Source: Octopus sinensis (taxonomy: Eukaryota). From it: 64,000 bases of DNA. Position 1 is the stretch's first letter. Every line of letters starts with the position of its first letter. The position numbers and the translations under genes are program-made. The notes under the pieces are model-generated. The model saw only the letters and a program-made list of their open reading frames with translations. It was not told the origin of the DNA and did no database searches. The stretch spans positions 41,292,001 to 41,356,000 of the forward strand of contig NC_043000.1 in the NCBI RefSeq assembly GCF_006345805.1, written 5' to 3'. Below are positions 38,831-50,914 of this stretch, in pieces.

Positions 38831-39571
38831 CACGGCCAGACATCTTTTCGTGAGTGTTGAACGCGTAATGTTGATATTTCTAAAATACAGTAATCTAAAT
38901 AAATTAATTAATCAACGAAGAATTAAAAATGAAAAGGGAAATTTTCTGACGTTTCGAAATACTTGGGGATAACGAAATCGGGGAAGCTCTGGGGTGGTGA
39001 TCCCAATCTCCTAAAATTTTATCAGAATATTTATCAGAATAATATCTGGCTTTGTTAAAAAAATTAATGGTGCGTTAGCTTTGTTTCGTTTCGATCCTAT
39101 ACTGTAGTATTGATCGTACTGATAATTTTAAAACAATGTATATAAGAGACACGTAAACGATATAATAGACAGATGTACACAATTTGTCTTACTGTATATC
39201 TTCAATGTCTGTCAAGCCGACCGACGAGGTTGAAGCACACCCGCTGGCATGTTAGTTGGTGAAATCGTAATTTTCTCGGGGATTGGGTGGGGAGGGAGAT
39301 AGAAATCGGTAGGTTTCCCATAGATGCAAGCATGGTTCTGTGGTTAAGAAACATACTTTGCAAACACCTGGTTTCGGGCTCAATCCTACTGTGTGGTATA
39401 TCAGGAAAGCGTCTTCTACTATAGAAACCTGATAGACAAATGTCTTTGAGGGTGTGAATTTGGTAGACGAAAACTGTCTAGAAGCCTGCTTTATATATAT
39501 ATATATGTATACACAAACACACACACACACACACCAAATATATATATATATATATATTATTATATCTATAT

Positions 39572-39616
<45 letters not shown>

Positions 39617-39684
39617 ATATATATAATATATATTATATATATATATATTATATATAATATAATATATATATCTATATAATATAG

Positions 39685-39741
<57 letters not shown>

Positions 39742-40211
39742 ATATATATATAAGTCTATATATATATATATATATATGTATATAATATATAATATGTGTG
39801 TATCTATGTATGTATGTATTTATGTATGTATGCATCTGTGTGTATGTTAGTGTGTGTGTGTGTGTTCGTCCCCCATACAACTTGGAAACAGGCATTGATT
39901 TGTTTACGTCATCCTTAACTTAGCGGTTCGACATACGAACTGATAGAACAAGTATCAAACTTCAAAATCGGTGTTGGGGTCGATTTGTTCGACTAAAACA
40001 TTCAACATAGTCCCTCAGAATGGCCGAAGTCCAGTAATTGAAACAGTAAAAAAATAACTACGTATACGATATGTGTGCGTGCGTGCGTGTGTGCGTGTGT
40101 GTATGTGTGTGTGTGTATACGCACATGCATACATAGATTACATACGTATACATACATACATATATCACAACACATATAGATATATACATGTATATACATA
40201 TATACATACAT

Positions 40212-40246
<35 letters not shown>

Positions 40247-40294
40247 ACATATATATATATATTATAATATATATATATCTATATATATATAGAT

Positions 40295-40366
<72 letters not shown>

Positions 40367-41156
40367 GATAGATAGATTGATGATAGATAGATAGATAGAT
40401 ATTTAATATTTATAAATGCCTCGGCATACACGCAAATATATATAATTTAGACAGAAAATGTCTGGCATGCTTGTTAGATATTTATATATATATATATATA
40501 TATTATATAATAATAATATATATATTATACACATATCGTTTACATGTGCGTATGTGAATGTGTTAAGTTTGTGTAAAAGTGGTAAACGATTTGCTGAATG
40601 TTGCGCGTGACCCTTATGCGTGTGAATGTTGGTGAATAAAAATGTCACCACGTTCCCCGTAGTTATTATAGATGGCCTGTATGTTATGCGTGTCTATGTG
40701 TATTGCTTCTGTGTGTGTGTCTTTTTGTATGTATGCGTGCGTGTGTTTGCAAGTATTGTTTAGGTAAATAATTCTAAGAGCTACCACAATACTGTCCGTG
40801 CCATTGAGGCGGCACACGTGTTAGACGAGCGTTTTATTTCGCATGGCCAAGCAAAGGGTTGTGCGTCGGAGCGCTGTTTTTTTTGCTTGTTGTTGTTGCT
40901 GTTGCTGGTGTTCTTTTTATGTGTATGCGATTTTTGTTTTTGATTTTTCAACCCTTGGTCAGCTCTCATTGAATTGGCAAGTCGTATTGTACTTTTTTCC
41001 TGTTTTTTTTTTCTAGTATATTCTATCGCGGGCTACATTATTCATTTAAAGATCATATAATGTGATTTGACGGCAGTTTTGCTGGTATTTCTTGAAAGCT
41101 GGACTGATCGATTCATATGTACACATAGAGTTATGCATATGTTTTCAAGTGTTTTA

Positions 41157-41197
<41 letters not shown>

Positions 41198-41336
41198 TGA
41201 TCGTATGCATGTGTTAGTGATAAACACTATATGCGTACGCATGTGTATCTGTGCACGTTGGTGCGTGCATGTATAAATTACGAGCGTGCCTGTGCCTGTG
41301 TGTGTATATATGCTAATATGCGTGTCTGCGTGATCG

Positions 41337-41380
<44 letters not shown>

Positions 41381-41837
41381 ATATTATAACGTACAGAATC
41401 GTGGAGGCTTGTTCATACTTAAAGAATGACTGACGAGCTAGCAACAGTAACAAATGTTAAATACTGATCGATGTATTTAGCGGTAACCTGGAACACAGCT
41501 GAGATGTCACAGTATTCAACTGGATGGTATATCCAACCAAACTTACACACACACACACACGTAATAAAATGTAAAAATCATTAATGATTTTTACCAAGGG
41601 GTCAGCGCAGAAATAAAAACCTTGTAGGTGAATTTTACAAATATTATGATAATTATATACTTAACTATAACAAGGGATTGTCTCTCCAGGTGCTAGAAAT
41701 AGACGCCAAAAGACACTAATACTATCTTAAAAACTCCCCCCCCCCAAAAGAGGCTTATAGCCAATCGCTTGTTATAATCATGTATATAGTTATTATACAC
41801 ACATACACACATACACACAAACACACACTTATATATA

Positions 41838-43069
41838 CAGGGTTAGACAAAATAATGGAAACACCTAGCATCATATCATTATAATTTTGAAATATCTATA
41901 AAACCGTCAAAAGCTTGTTTATTTTTATGTTTTCTGATTTATTATTAGTGTTGCTTAATACGTTTTGCTAAAATTGCTGTTTCTTTTCAGATATCCTCAG
42001 AAAAAGGTAATCAAAATTCATTAAAATAACAGATCTATCGGACTTTCAAAGAGGTCAAATTGTTGGTGCTCGTATGGCAGGCACCATCTTAACGAAAATA
42101 GCCGAAATGTTTGGTGTATCAAGAAGTACTGTCTCGAAAGTGATGACAGCCCTTGAGAAAGACGGAAAAATCTCCTCGACGAAACAAAACTCCGGAAGAA
42201 AACCAAAATTTTCAGATAAGGACCGTCGGACACTTACACGAATTGTTAGAAAGGATCATAAAATTACTGCAGAGCTTAATGACAACCTCGAGAACCCAGT
42301 TTCCACAAAAACTGTTCGCCGGGAGCTGCACAAAGCAGGATTTCACGGGAGGACTGCGTTCAGAAAACCACTACTTTAGAGTGGAGTAAAAACCTACAGA
42401 ATTGGTTCCTAGTGCAGTGGAAGAATGTTATTTTCTCGGACGAGTCATCCTTTACCTTATTTCCGACCACCGGCAGAGTATACGTGTGGAGTCAGCCAAA
42501 AGAAGCATTTGACCCAGAGTGCCTTCTCCCAACTGCTAAACATAGAGGAGGATATGTGATGATCGGGGTGGGGCTATATTTTGGAAATCCGCCGGCTCAA
42601 TGGTTTCCCTTCATGGCAGAATTAATAGTCAAGACTATCTAAGCATTGTATCTGATCAAATTCATCTATGTTTGCGGAACTGTTTCCGGAGGCAAACGCA
42701 ATCTTTCAGGATAATAATGCACCAATTCACACGGCTAAAGTTGTTACTGAATGGCACGAGGAACATTCTAGTAAAGTTGAAAATCTTATCTGGCCACCAC
42801 AGTCCCCAAATATCAATATTATTCAACATTTATGGTACATTTTAGAAAAGCAAGTAAGGAGTCGATATCCTCCACCATCAGCACTACAAGGATTGGAGAC
42901 AGTTTTAGCTGAACAACGAACAAAAATTCCTTCGGAAACAATTCAAACTTTGTACGAGTCCATACCTCGTAGAATTCAAGCTGTAATTACTGCTAAAGGT
43001 GTCCTATCGCATATTAAAATAAATTTGTTTGAAATTTTAAGGTGTTTCCATTATTTTTTCCAACTCCTG
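41838..43069 (+). mobile_element. Full-length Tc1 (DD34E) element, inactivated
   Basis: TIRs CAGGGTTAGACAAAATAATGGAAACACCT / AGGTGTTTCCATTATTTTTTCCAACTCCTG with TA flanks. DLSDFQRGQIVGAR, VIFSDES, IFQDNNAPIH, WPPQSPNINII; frameshifts. Confidence 0.95.
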
Positions 43070-43072
43070 TAT

Positions 43073-43120
<48 letters not shown>

Positions 43121-43211
43121 GTGAGGGTTAGAGGTTGGGAAACCAACCAACTAATGAAAAAGAAAAAACTTAGTAGAGAGTATGTATAGCTAGGATGAAC
43201 TAAATTGTTTC

Positions 43212-43255
43212 ACAGTCCGACGAAGGAAAGCAGGCCGAAACTCCGAAGTTATTGT
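43212..43255 (+). ncRNA. Type I hammerhead-like motif (U4C variant)
   Basis: ACAGT-CCGACGA-A-GG aaagcagg CC-GAA-AC tccgaa GT-T-ATTGT. 5-bp stem I. Lies in a ~370-bp segment flanked by (AT)n. Confidence 0.55.
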
Positions 43256-43515
43256 CAGCTACGAAAAAATATTAATTTTTCAGTTTAATGAATAAGTGAA
43301 GTTCGTAGTCTCACCAACACGACTGTTCCGATTTTTTAACCTCAAGATGACATCTCGTCCGCTAGATGTGACAGTAGCTCACAATATGTATAAATTCAAG
43401 CGACATACAGTCGCTGATTTTGCAACAAACATTACTTGTTAGTACAACTACTGCGTTGATCTCTTAAGAGATTTTAGAACTAGCATTTTTGCTTTTATAT
43501 ATATATATATATATA

Positions 43516-43822
43516 TCACCGTGATCACCGTGACCGACCAGGCTATCAGATGTTGCTACACATCGCTGGTCACAATGCGCTTCGCATTGTTTTTAGCTCT
43601 CAAATGACGCCACGCTGCTGGCTAAGCGAGCAGGCCAACAGAAGAAAGAGTGAGAGGAAGTTGGGGCGAAAGAGTACAGCAGGGACCGCCACCACCCCCT
43701 GCCGGAGCCTCGTGGAGCTTTAGGTGTTTTTCGCTCAATACATCTCACAACGCCCGGTCTGGGAATCGAAACCGCGATCCTACAACCGCGAGTCCGCTGC
43801 CCTAACCACTGGGCCATTGCGC

Positions 43823-43825
<3 letters not shown>
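43516..43825 (-). mobile_element. SINE family C, full length
   Basis: Minus: GAGGCGCAATGGCCCAGTGGTTAGG A box, GGTTTCGATTCCC B box, tail GGTCACGGTGATCACGGTGA. Confidence 0.92.
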
Positions 43826-43865
<40 letters not shown>

Positions 43866-43957
43866 TAATATATATATATATGTATATATATATGTATATA
43901 TATATGTATATATAGTATATATATATGTATATATATATGTATATATATATGTATATA

Positions 43958-44011
<54 letters not shown>

Positions 44012-44222
44012 ATATATTATATATCTATATATATATATATATATATATATATTGCTACCCTATATTGAATAATTATGAATTTTCTGTTTAATTCCGAAAT
44101 GGAATCGGCAGCTTTGATTGCTGCCGATAAATTTGGCGCGAATACGCTGATTTGAAAAATTTTAGGTCAGATATTGCCGGGCAGCAGTGATACTACCTCG
44201 TAAATATCTCGCTAATCTGGCT

Positions 44223-44324
44223 TACTTTACTGATGAATTTGTTGGCTTATGGAGGATTAGCTTGATTTATTTAATCGGGCTGATTTACCATTAAAAAAGA
44301 TGAAACGATGCATCGTATAATATA
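44223..44324 (+). ncRNA. Type I hammerhead motif, canonical core, ~65-nt stem II, 12-nt palindromic stem III
   Basis: TTA-CTGATGA-AT..ATGG..ATTAGCTTGATT tattt AATCGGGCTGAT..CCAT..AT-GAA-ACGATGCATCGT-A-TAA. Confidence 0.72.
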
Positions 44325-44459
44325 TCAGGTAAATGTTTTTTTAAAATTTTCTCCTGGTTTTTGGAATTAATACTTGTTTGCGGTTTAAGCCTTGGCTGCT
44401 ATTTCTAGTAGGTTGAAAGCCTATTATGGCTGTTCCTATATTTTGATGATATTATAATA

Positions 44460-44508
<49 letters not shown>

Positions 44509-44513
44509 GAGAG

Positions 44514-44618
44514 AGAGGAAATTTATCTATACAATTTATTTTCGTAAACTTTCCCTTTATATATATATATATATATAAAGGAAAGTTTACGAAAATAATT
44601 GTATAGATAATTTCCTCT
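44514..44618. repeat. AT-centred palindrome (~45-bp arms around (AT)n)
   Basis: AGAGGAAATTTATCTATACAATTTATTTTCGTAAACTTTCC..(AT)n..GGAAAGTTTACGAAAATAATTGTATAGATAATTTCCTCT. Confidence 0.9.
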
Positions 44619-44690
44619 ATTTACATAATATTGAGGTCTCTTTCTTTTGTTATCTTACCGTTTTACCAATATATATATATATAAACATAT

Positions 44691-44899
44691 ATCTTTAATG
44701 ATTCGTTACAATGGTTTCTGTACCAATTCTATTTACAACGCCAGTTTACGTATTGTTTACGATTTGGCGCAATGTGTTTGCTCACCTTTGATGCAAGTCT
44801 GATGAAGTGCTTGGCTATCTTTTAAAACCACAAACATTATGTAAACTGGCGTTGCAAATAGTGCTGGTACAGAAACAACTGTAAAGAATCGTTAAAGAT
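44691..44899. mobile_element. Hairpin element with ~68-bp imperfect inverted arms and a decayed hammerhead in the loop
   Basis: Arms 44691-44758 and 44832-44899. Loop has CTGATGA-A-GTG...CAC-AAAC (G12 missing). Confidence 0.7.
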
Positions 44900-44994
44900 G
44901 TGTTAAAGAATTTCCTTTGTCTTCTTATCATCTGGATTACTTACACTTCGCCAAACCCTCTTTACCGTAGAATCATCGGGAAACTTTGATTTTC

Positions 44995-45043
44995 TGCATC
45001 TGAGGAATTCCGGCTTTGGACCGGAACCAAACAGTGTTCGTAG
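44995..45043 (+). ncRNA. Decayed hammerhead-like motif
   Basis: CTGAGGA-A-TTCCGG ctttgga CCGGAA-C-CAAAC-AGTGT. G12 reads C; stem I register imperfect. Confidence 0.4.
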
Positions 45044-45130
45044 CCCAGTTTTCGTGTCGAGTGCTTCTCTAGAAATACCCTAATACCCTAACTTTACACC
45101 CTATCAAAACCTTAAATATATATATATAAA

Positions 45131-45310
45131 ATGGGACAAGAACGCAACAGGCGACAAGACATCCAGACAGATGAAACAAAAACAGAAAGAAAAAACAAGG
45201 ACGGGTCATTCGGAGTTTTCTTTCGTCAGTCGAGTTCCAGATTATCTTTGCAGTTTCGGCTGGTTATACTCGAAACTGCTCCAATCTGGCCAGGCCCCCA
45301 CTTTTGCCTC
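45131..45310 (-). mobile_element. Copy of the 30050-30316 / 32040-32170 / 31300-31385 repeat family
   Basis: Shared CCGAAA(C/T)T..GAT(A/G)ATC(T/C)GG...T(C/T)GACTGA...CGAATGACCCGTCC...GTTCTTGTC segment. Confidence 0.75.
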
Positions 45311-45312
45311 TG

Positions 45313-45344
<32 letters not shown>

Positions 45345-45648
45345 GATATATATATTATATATATATATTGAATACGTATCGCCACCGGGGCCACTGCATC
45401 GAACACTTTGAACATATACTTCAAACTATATATCAACTATACATGAACTATATATCAACTATACATGAACTCTAAGATGTCTGACTCCGTTGTGTATTAT
45501 AAATGAATTTCTTGTGTTTGACGGCATGAGCTGTCTTTTTTTATATATAACTTTTTTATAAGGTTCATTTCAGGAACTGAAACATGTTATAATGTTATAT
45601 AAAAATTAAAAATTGTATAATACAGCAGCATTTTCGAACTTCATTTTT

Positions 45649-45696
<48 letters not shown>

Positions 45697-45716
45697 CATA
45701 TATATATATATATACA

Positions 45717-45754
<38 letters not shown>

Positions 45755-46151
45755 TACATAAGAAGATAGATAGATAGATAGATATATAGATATATATAGA
45801 TAGAGTGAGTGAGTGAGGGTAGACTTGAGTGAATGAACAAAAGAAAGTAGCACTTAAACCTTATTTGGAATCACTTCTACTAAATATTAGTGCGACTCAG
45901 CCCCGCATTCCTTTAAATAATGTGAAAGTGAATGAAACTGATATTATATGCATGTAACTGTAACCAAAGGTGCTGAGTGCTGATTGTTTCGTTTCTGTAC
46001 TCATTAGTGTGTGTATGCATATTTGTACACGCATATATAAGCGGTTGTACAGTTATAGGTGCATATATGTAGAACTATATATGTATATGTATGCATATAT
46101 ATTCGTATATATATGTGTGTATATATATATGTGCGTGTGTATGTATAACTA

Positions 46152-46234
<83 letters not shown>

Positions 46235-46237
<3 letters not shown>

Positions 46238-46395
46238 TGCGTGGGTATGTGGTAAGAAGCTTGCTACTCAACCACATAGTTCCGGGTTATGTCTCACTGT
46301 GTGGTACCTTGGGCAAGTGTCTTCTACTAGTGCCCAGGGCCGACCAAGCTTTGTGAGTTGATTTTGTGGCCGGAAGCTGAAAGAAGCCCGTCGAA
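46235..46395 (+). mobile_element. SINE family B, 5' half
   Basis: GTGGTAAGAAGCTTGCT...ACCTTGGGCAAGTGTCTTCTAC. Confidence 0.82.
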
Positions 46396-46496
46396 TATAT
46401 ATATATACTACAAATAATAATAATCGCAGTCAAAATGTCATGTTTGTTTTCTACACCGCCTGTGTTTGTCTTTTGTTTTTTGTGAATTTTCCCTAT

Positions 46497-46564
<68 letters not shown>

Positions 46565-47476
46565 TACATTGTGTGTATGCGTATGTGTATGCGTGCTTGT
46601 ACTTACGTAGAAAATTACATTAATACCTATAAATGTGTGCTCACAAAATTTTAATTTTTTTCAGGATAAAATTTTTGGATGACAATTTGACAGCGGTGAT
46701 TTTTATTTGTAGTAGTATTAGTATTGGTATGACTGTATATTTTTATTTTCATTGTTTAACGTTTCATTTTCCATTACTTTTTAACTATTTCTCACGAAAG
46801 TCCTTAGTCTCGTATATGTCATTTCAAATGCCATTTTATATTTCTCTTATATATTTCTCGTGTCCTTAGCCCCAATAGACAGACAGGTTAGAGAGAGAGA
46901 GGGGGAGGGGGAGAGAGACAGACAGAGACATAGAGAAGGAGGAGGATAGAGAGAGAAAGAGAGATTTGTCTTGTATTTTCTCTGTGAAAATTCATTGCTT
47001 TTGTCTGCTGGAATGTAACAATACCAAGTCGAATTCACAACACCCCTCATACACAATATTCGAAGGATTTACTTAAATTAGAACTCGACCACTATACAAT
47101 TTTGTTGTTATCACCCTCAATTTTCAGCTCCTGAAACGTGTAAAGAAAAATAATAACTATCAGGCAGATGAAAAATAATGAAACTAATAATAAAGAATTG
47201 CCGTTTATTTTCCATTATAAAAAGAGCGCGCGCATGCTTGGACATACACCAGCTTTTCCACACACTGACACAGACATAAGTCCACTACGTACAGATGTGT
47301 GGCGTGTGTGTTTGTGTGTATGTGCGTGTGGGTAGGTGTAAAAGCGTAGCCGTCACTCGTAAGCGAGTGTAATTTGCTTGCATGAATCATATTCTCATTA
47401 AATGTAGTAAGTGCTTATGTAATCGCAAACATAGATCCCCTCTTGAACCAACATTCGAGCCATGATGTGTGAGCTA

Positions 47477-47890
47477 ATCATCATCATCATTGTTCGACCG
47501 TGTCGAGACAATGGAATTTACCATGCTACGCCAGACTTCACGGTCCATCATGGCATTACGGAGGTCCTGTTGCTGGATGCCTGTATCCCTGGAGATTACA
47601 TAAGGGTAGGAGAGTGTGCGCCCTCTGGTATTGCGAGTAGATGGCTTCCAGAGGAGAAGAGTAGAAATTACTTCTTTTTCAGCTCTACAACAATGTCCAG
47701 CAAACTGGACTCTCCTACCTTTCACAAGAGATGACACAGGTGGTAGTTTCCCATATGTTTGCATTTTGGTTGGATGGCGCTTCCACGAGAGATTTTAAGC
47801 TCTCATAAGGAGGCGAGTGTAGGTTCCATCCAACCGCCTCTCAAGCTTCTTTGATAACGTCCAGGTTTCTGAGCCATATAGTAGAGCTAA
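47477..47890 (-). mobile_element. RTE-group LINE 3' end with (GAT)n tail
   Basis: LLYGSETWTLSKKLERRLDGTYTRLL; YGKLPPVSSLVKGRRVQFAGHCCR..LLLWKP..DTG; DREVWR. Confidence 0.87.
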
Positions 47891-48697
47891 GGAGAGAGAG
47901 AGGGGAGGAGGGAGAGACAGGGAGAGAGAAAGAGGGAGAGCGAGAGGAAGAAAGATAGAATGAGAGAGAGAGAGAGAGAGAGGGGGGGCTGCATTAGTAC
48001 TAGATCGGTACTTATTTTCAATTTAGATTTATAAAACTGCAATAAAATAAAGCGTCTTCCTAAAGTCGGCAGCTTGCTGCTCGGTTTAGGAATCAAAAGC
48101 ACGACTTAGAATCACTGTAAGTCGCATATTTCCGCGGTCATAAATGCACACATAAATACATATATACGTATATCACAGTGGCTTCTTCAGAAGAAGCAGT
48201 CGGAATTTATCAGCCAGCTGGAACTGTCTGAGCAGACATATGGGGTTATTGCGCATCATTTTCCATCGGCTAAAGTCACGCTGTCAAAGAGTGCAGCTAG
48301 AATATTGTTCAAATCGCTCACTTGCACTGAGGAACAGGATAATCCCAGCAAATACTGCGACGTCTACAAAAATATGATGGCCCGGCACCGGTTGGGACAC
48401 ATACAGCTACTAGTTTTCGATACTGGCACATCAAGTACCTGCAACTTACAGCGTTCAAGATGATACGTGTCACGAGATCCAGACCTTCCCCCAACATAGC
48501 AATTTCGCCTCCTAATCCAGGCCGATTGCAGATAAGCAGAGTTCGAGTCTTCCGAAGATTGGCGCAAAATCTCGCGGATCGAAGATTCTATATCTCGTGA
48601 CCGCATGTAGTATCCAGGGTGGTGGTGGTGGTGATAATTGTAGTGGCAATGCATGGATGGTGTACCATTCTTAAGAAGGTATACATACATATATATA

Positions 48698-48812
48698 TCA
48701 CCGTCACCGTCACCGACCAGGCTATCAGATGTTGCTACACATCGCTGGTCACAATGCGCTTCGCAATGGTTTAGCCTTCAAATGACGCCACCTCGCTGGC
48801 TAAGGGAGCAGC
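48698..48812 (-). mobile_element. SINE family C, 3' fragment
   Basis: Matches 43516-43630. Confidence 0.85.
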
Positions 48813-48949
48813 CCATATATATATTCAATTTTTTATCACAACTGCCCGACGAATGGGAGTAGCAGTTTATGTGATGTTTTTGCAGCTTTATTAATAAAGC
48901 TTCGGTATTCGAGCACTATTTTTTCCACTTTGTTTTGCATTTATGTGCA

Positions 48950-49110
48950 AGGGCCGGGTCGTCTCAGGTTTACTCATTTTTGCCAGCTGAGTGGACTAGA
49001 GCAACTGTAAAAGGTAGTGGTTTTGTTCAAAAACACAACGCGTCGTCCGGTCCAGAAATCTGACGATCATGACTCCAACACCCTAACCACTAAAGCCAGC
49101 GGCCTCCACT
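48950..49110 (-). mobile_element. SINE family D-like, decayed
   Basis: TACTCATTTTTGCCAGCTGAGTGGACTAGAGCAAC...CTAACCACTAAAGCC. Confidence 0.65.
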
Positions 49111-49430
49111 ATATACAAAAGACACACACACACACATATCTATTATATATATATATATATATTATATATATATATAATATAATATATATTATATATATAT
49201 ATGTATGAATCGATATTTTACTAGTTCTAGTCGTTATACCAGCACAGCCTTGAAGAATTTTTAGTCGGAGCAATCGACTCCAGTATATTTTTAAAACACA
49301 GGTACTTATTTACGGTTTCATTTGCCGAACAGCTATGTTACATGAACGTAAACAACCAAGGTGTACTGAAACTTCCATCTTAAAGTATCCGCGAAAAGCC
49401 TTGTGGAGGACCTAACTTCGGGGTTTTTTT

Positions 49431-49530
49431 NNNNNNNNNNNNNNNNNNNNNNNNNNNNNNNNNNNNNNNNNNNNNNNNNNNNNNNNNNNNNNNNNNNNNN
49501 NNNNNNNNNNNNNNNNNNNNNNNNNNNNNN
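49431..49530. other. Assembly gap (100 N), followed by (GAA)n
   Basis: Seen directly. A family B SINE fragment (49205-49400) is cut at the gap. Confidence 0.99.
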
Positions 49531-49687
49531 TGAAGATAGAAGAAGAAGAAGAAGAAGAGAAGAAGAAGAAGAAGAGAAGAAGAAGAAGAAGAAGAAGACG
49601 GTTAGTACAAGATTGTCACCGGTACCAAATGCCATTTCAAGGGTGAAAAAATATTTGAGTTTACCACTAGCTTCAACATATATATAT

Positions 49688-49870
49688 GGAGGCGCAATCA
49701 CCGAGTGGTTAGGGTAGCGCACTCGTGGTCATAAGATCGCAGTTTCGATTCCCAGACCGGACGTTGCGAGTGCTTAATGAGCGAAAACACTTAAAGCTCC
49801 ACGAATCTCCCGCAGTAGGTGGTGGCGAACCCTGCTGTACTCTTTAACCACGACTTCCTTTTTGCCCTTT
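49688..49870 (+). mobile_element. SINE family C, 5' part
   Basis: GGAGGCGCAATCACCGAGTGGTTAGGG...GTTTCGATTCCCAGACCGGACGTT. Confidence 0.85.
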
Positions 49871-49949
49871 CTTCCTGTTTCTGCTGTACCTGTATTTCAA
49901 AGGGCGTAGTTGTGTTTTCTCTTTGTTCATGTTTGGATTAACTATATAT

Positions 49950-50158
49950 ATATAAACGGAGTCTGGATAGATTCCTTCAAAGAATACCAGATAAGCCACC
50001 CATAATTGGATACAACTCACCCAACAAAAACTCACTACTTGAATGGACCCTAAGCAAAACTTGACTTAAACAGGATTCAGATAATCCTATCAGGTGGTGC
50101 TATTAAGTTAGACATGGCCTGGACCAATCATTGGTCGAAACATATCTAAGTCTAAGTT
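49950..50158 (+). mobile_element. CR1/Jockey-group LINE extreme 3' end with (CTAAGT)n tail
   Basis: KRSLDRFLQRIPDKPPIIGYNSPNKNSLLEW; 3' hairpin GACCAAT-C-ATTGGTC; CTAAGT CTAAGT. Confidence 0.65.
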
Positions 50159-50232
50159 TATATATATACATCATTGGCTATCCTTTACTGGAAAGCAATA
50201 CTCTCGTATTGCATTACTATAAATAAATAAAT

Positions 50233-50282
<50 letters not shown>

Positions 50283-50914
50283 GTGGATCATCTCGCTTAC
50301 ACATAGCGATACTAGTAACCTGGTATTAGAGCTCAAATACAAACGCTCCAGCATAAAGCACTAGCCCAGCACAAAGTGTAATATAAAACAGGAAAAGGAA
50401 ATTATGCAATGAACTCCATTATCTTACAGCTGTTTCTGCTATAAGATGTAGCGCACATAGAGCTGAGTGCTTTTGCATTAATCTGAAGCTCCCTCCGAGA
50501 TTTAAAAGTGAAGTACAATTATATTTCGGAAAGCATTTACATACATGAAAAAGATAAGTGTCGAAGAATATTTTAAAAATCCGTATAAAGAACCGATTTA
50601 TCAAAAAATATATCCACGGTAACTAAAATCGCAATTAATTACAGGCCGTTAAACTGCAACACGTTTTTACATTCCAATAAATCCACTTGTGACCGAGTTG
50701 CATATAGATATACATAATCGGTTTAAACGATCATTAAAAGCAGCGTGTTTAGTATTAAAGCAGAAAAGTCTTAATCTTGCATATTATGTGTCCAACAGCT
50801 GTTTCATTAAGGTAGATATCATTTAATGTATATTTGCTTAATTGTGATAAATGATTAATTTATGTTAATGTATGTTAAATGAATTTGAAGGAAATTTTCT
50901 GAAAAGTCCTCCAA

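Noticed and set aside
38930-38956. Half hammerheads on the minus strand (CGAAACGTCAGAAA here; GAAACAGCTGT at ~50425 and ~50795; GAAACCGGTA at ~52920)
   Set aside because: The 3' half with palindromic stem III is present, but no CUGANGA core lies upstream. They are probably truncated relics and cannot be called.
40770-41130. CpG-richer stretch with a CACGTG box and an acceptor-like TTTTCTAG
   Set aside because: Could be regulatory or UTR sequence, but there is no ORF, donor or second line of evidence.
49333-49722. ORFs spanning the N run
   Set aside because: Artefacts of the assembly gap and (GAA)n.
50105-50155. GACCAAT-C-ATTGGTC-GAAAC hairpin as a ribozyme
   Set aside because: No catalytic core. 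It is better explained as the 3' stem-loop of a CR1-group LINE.
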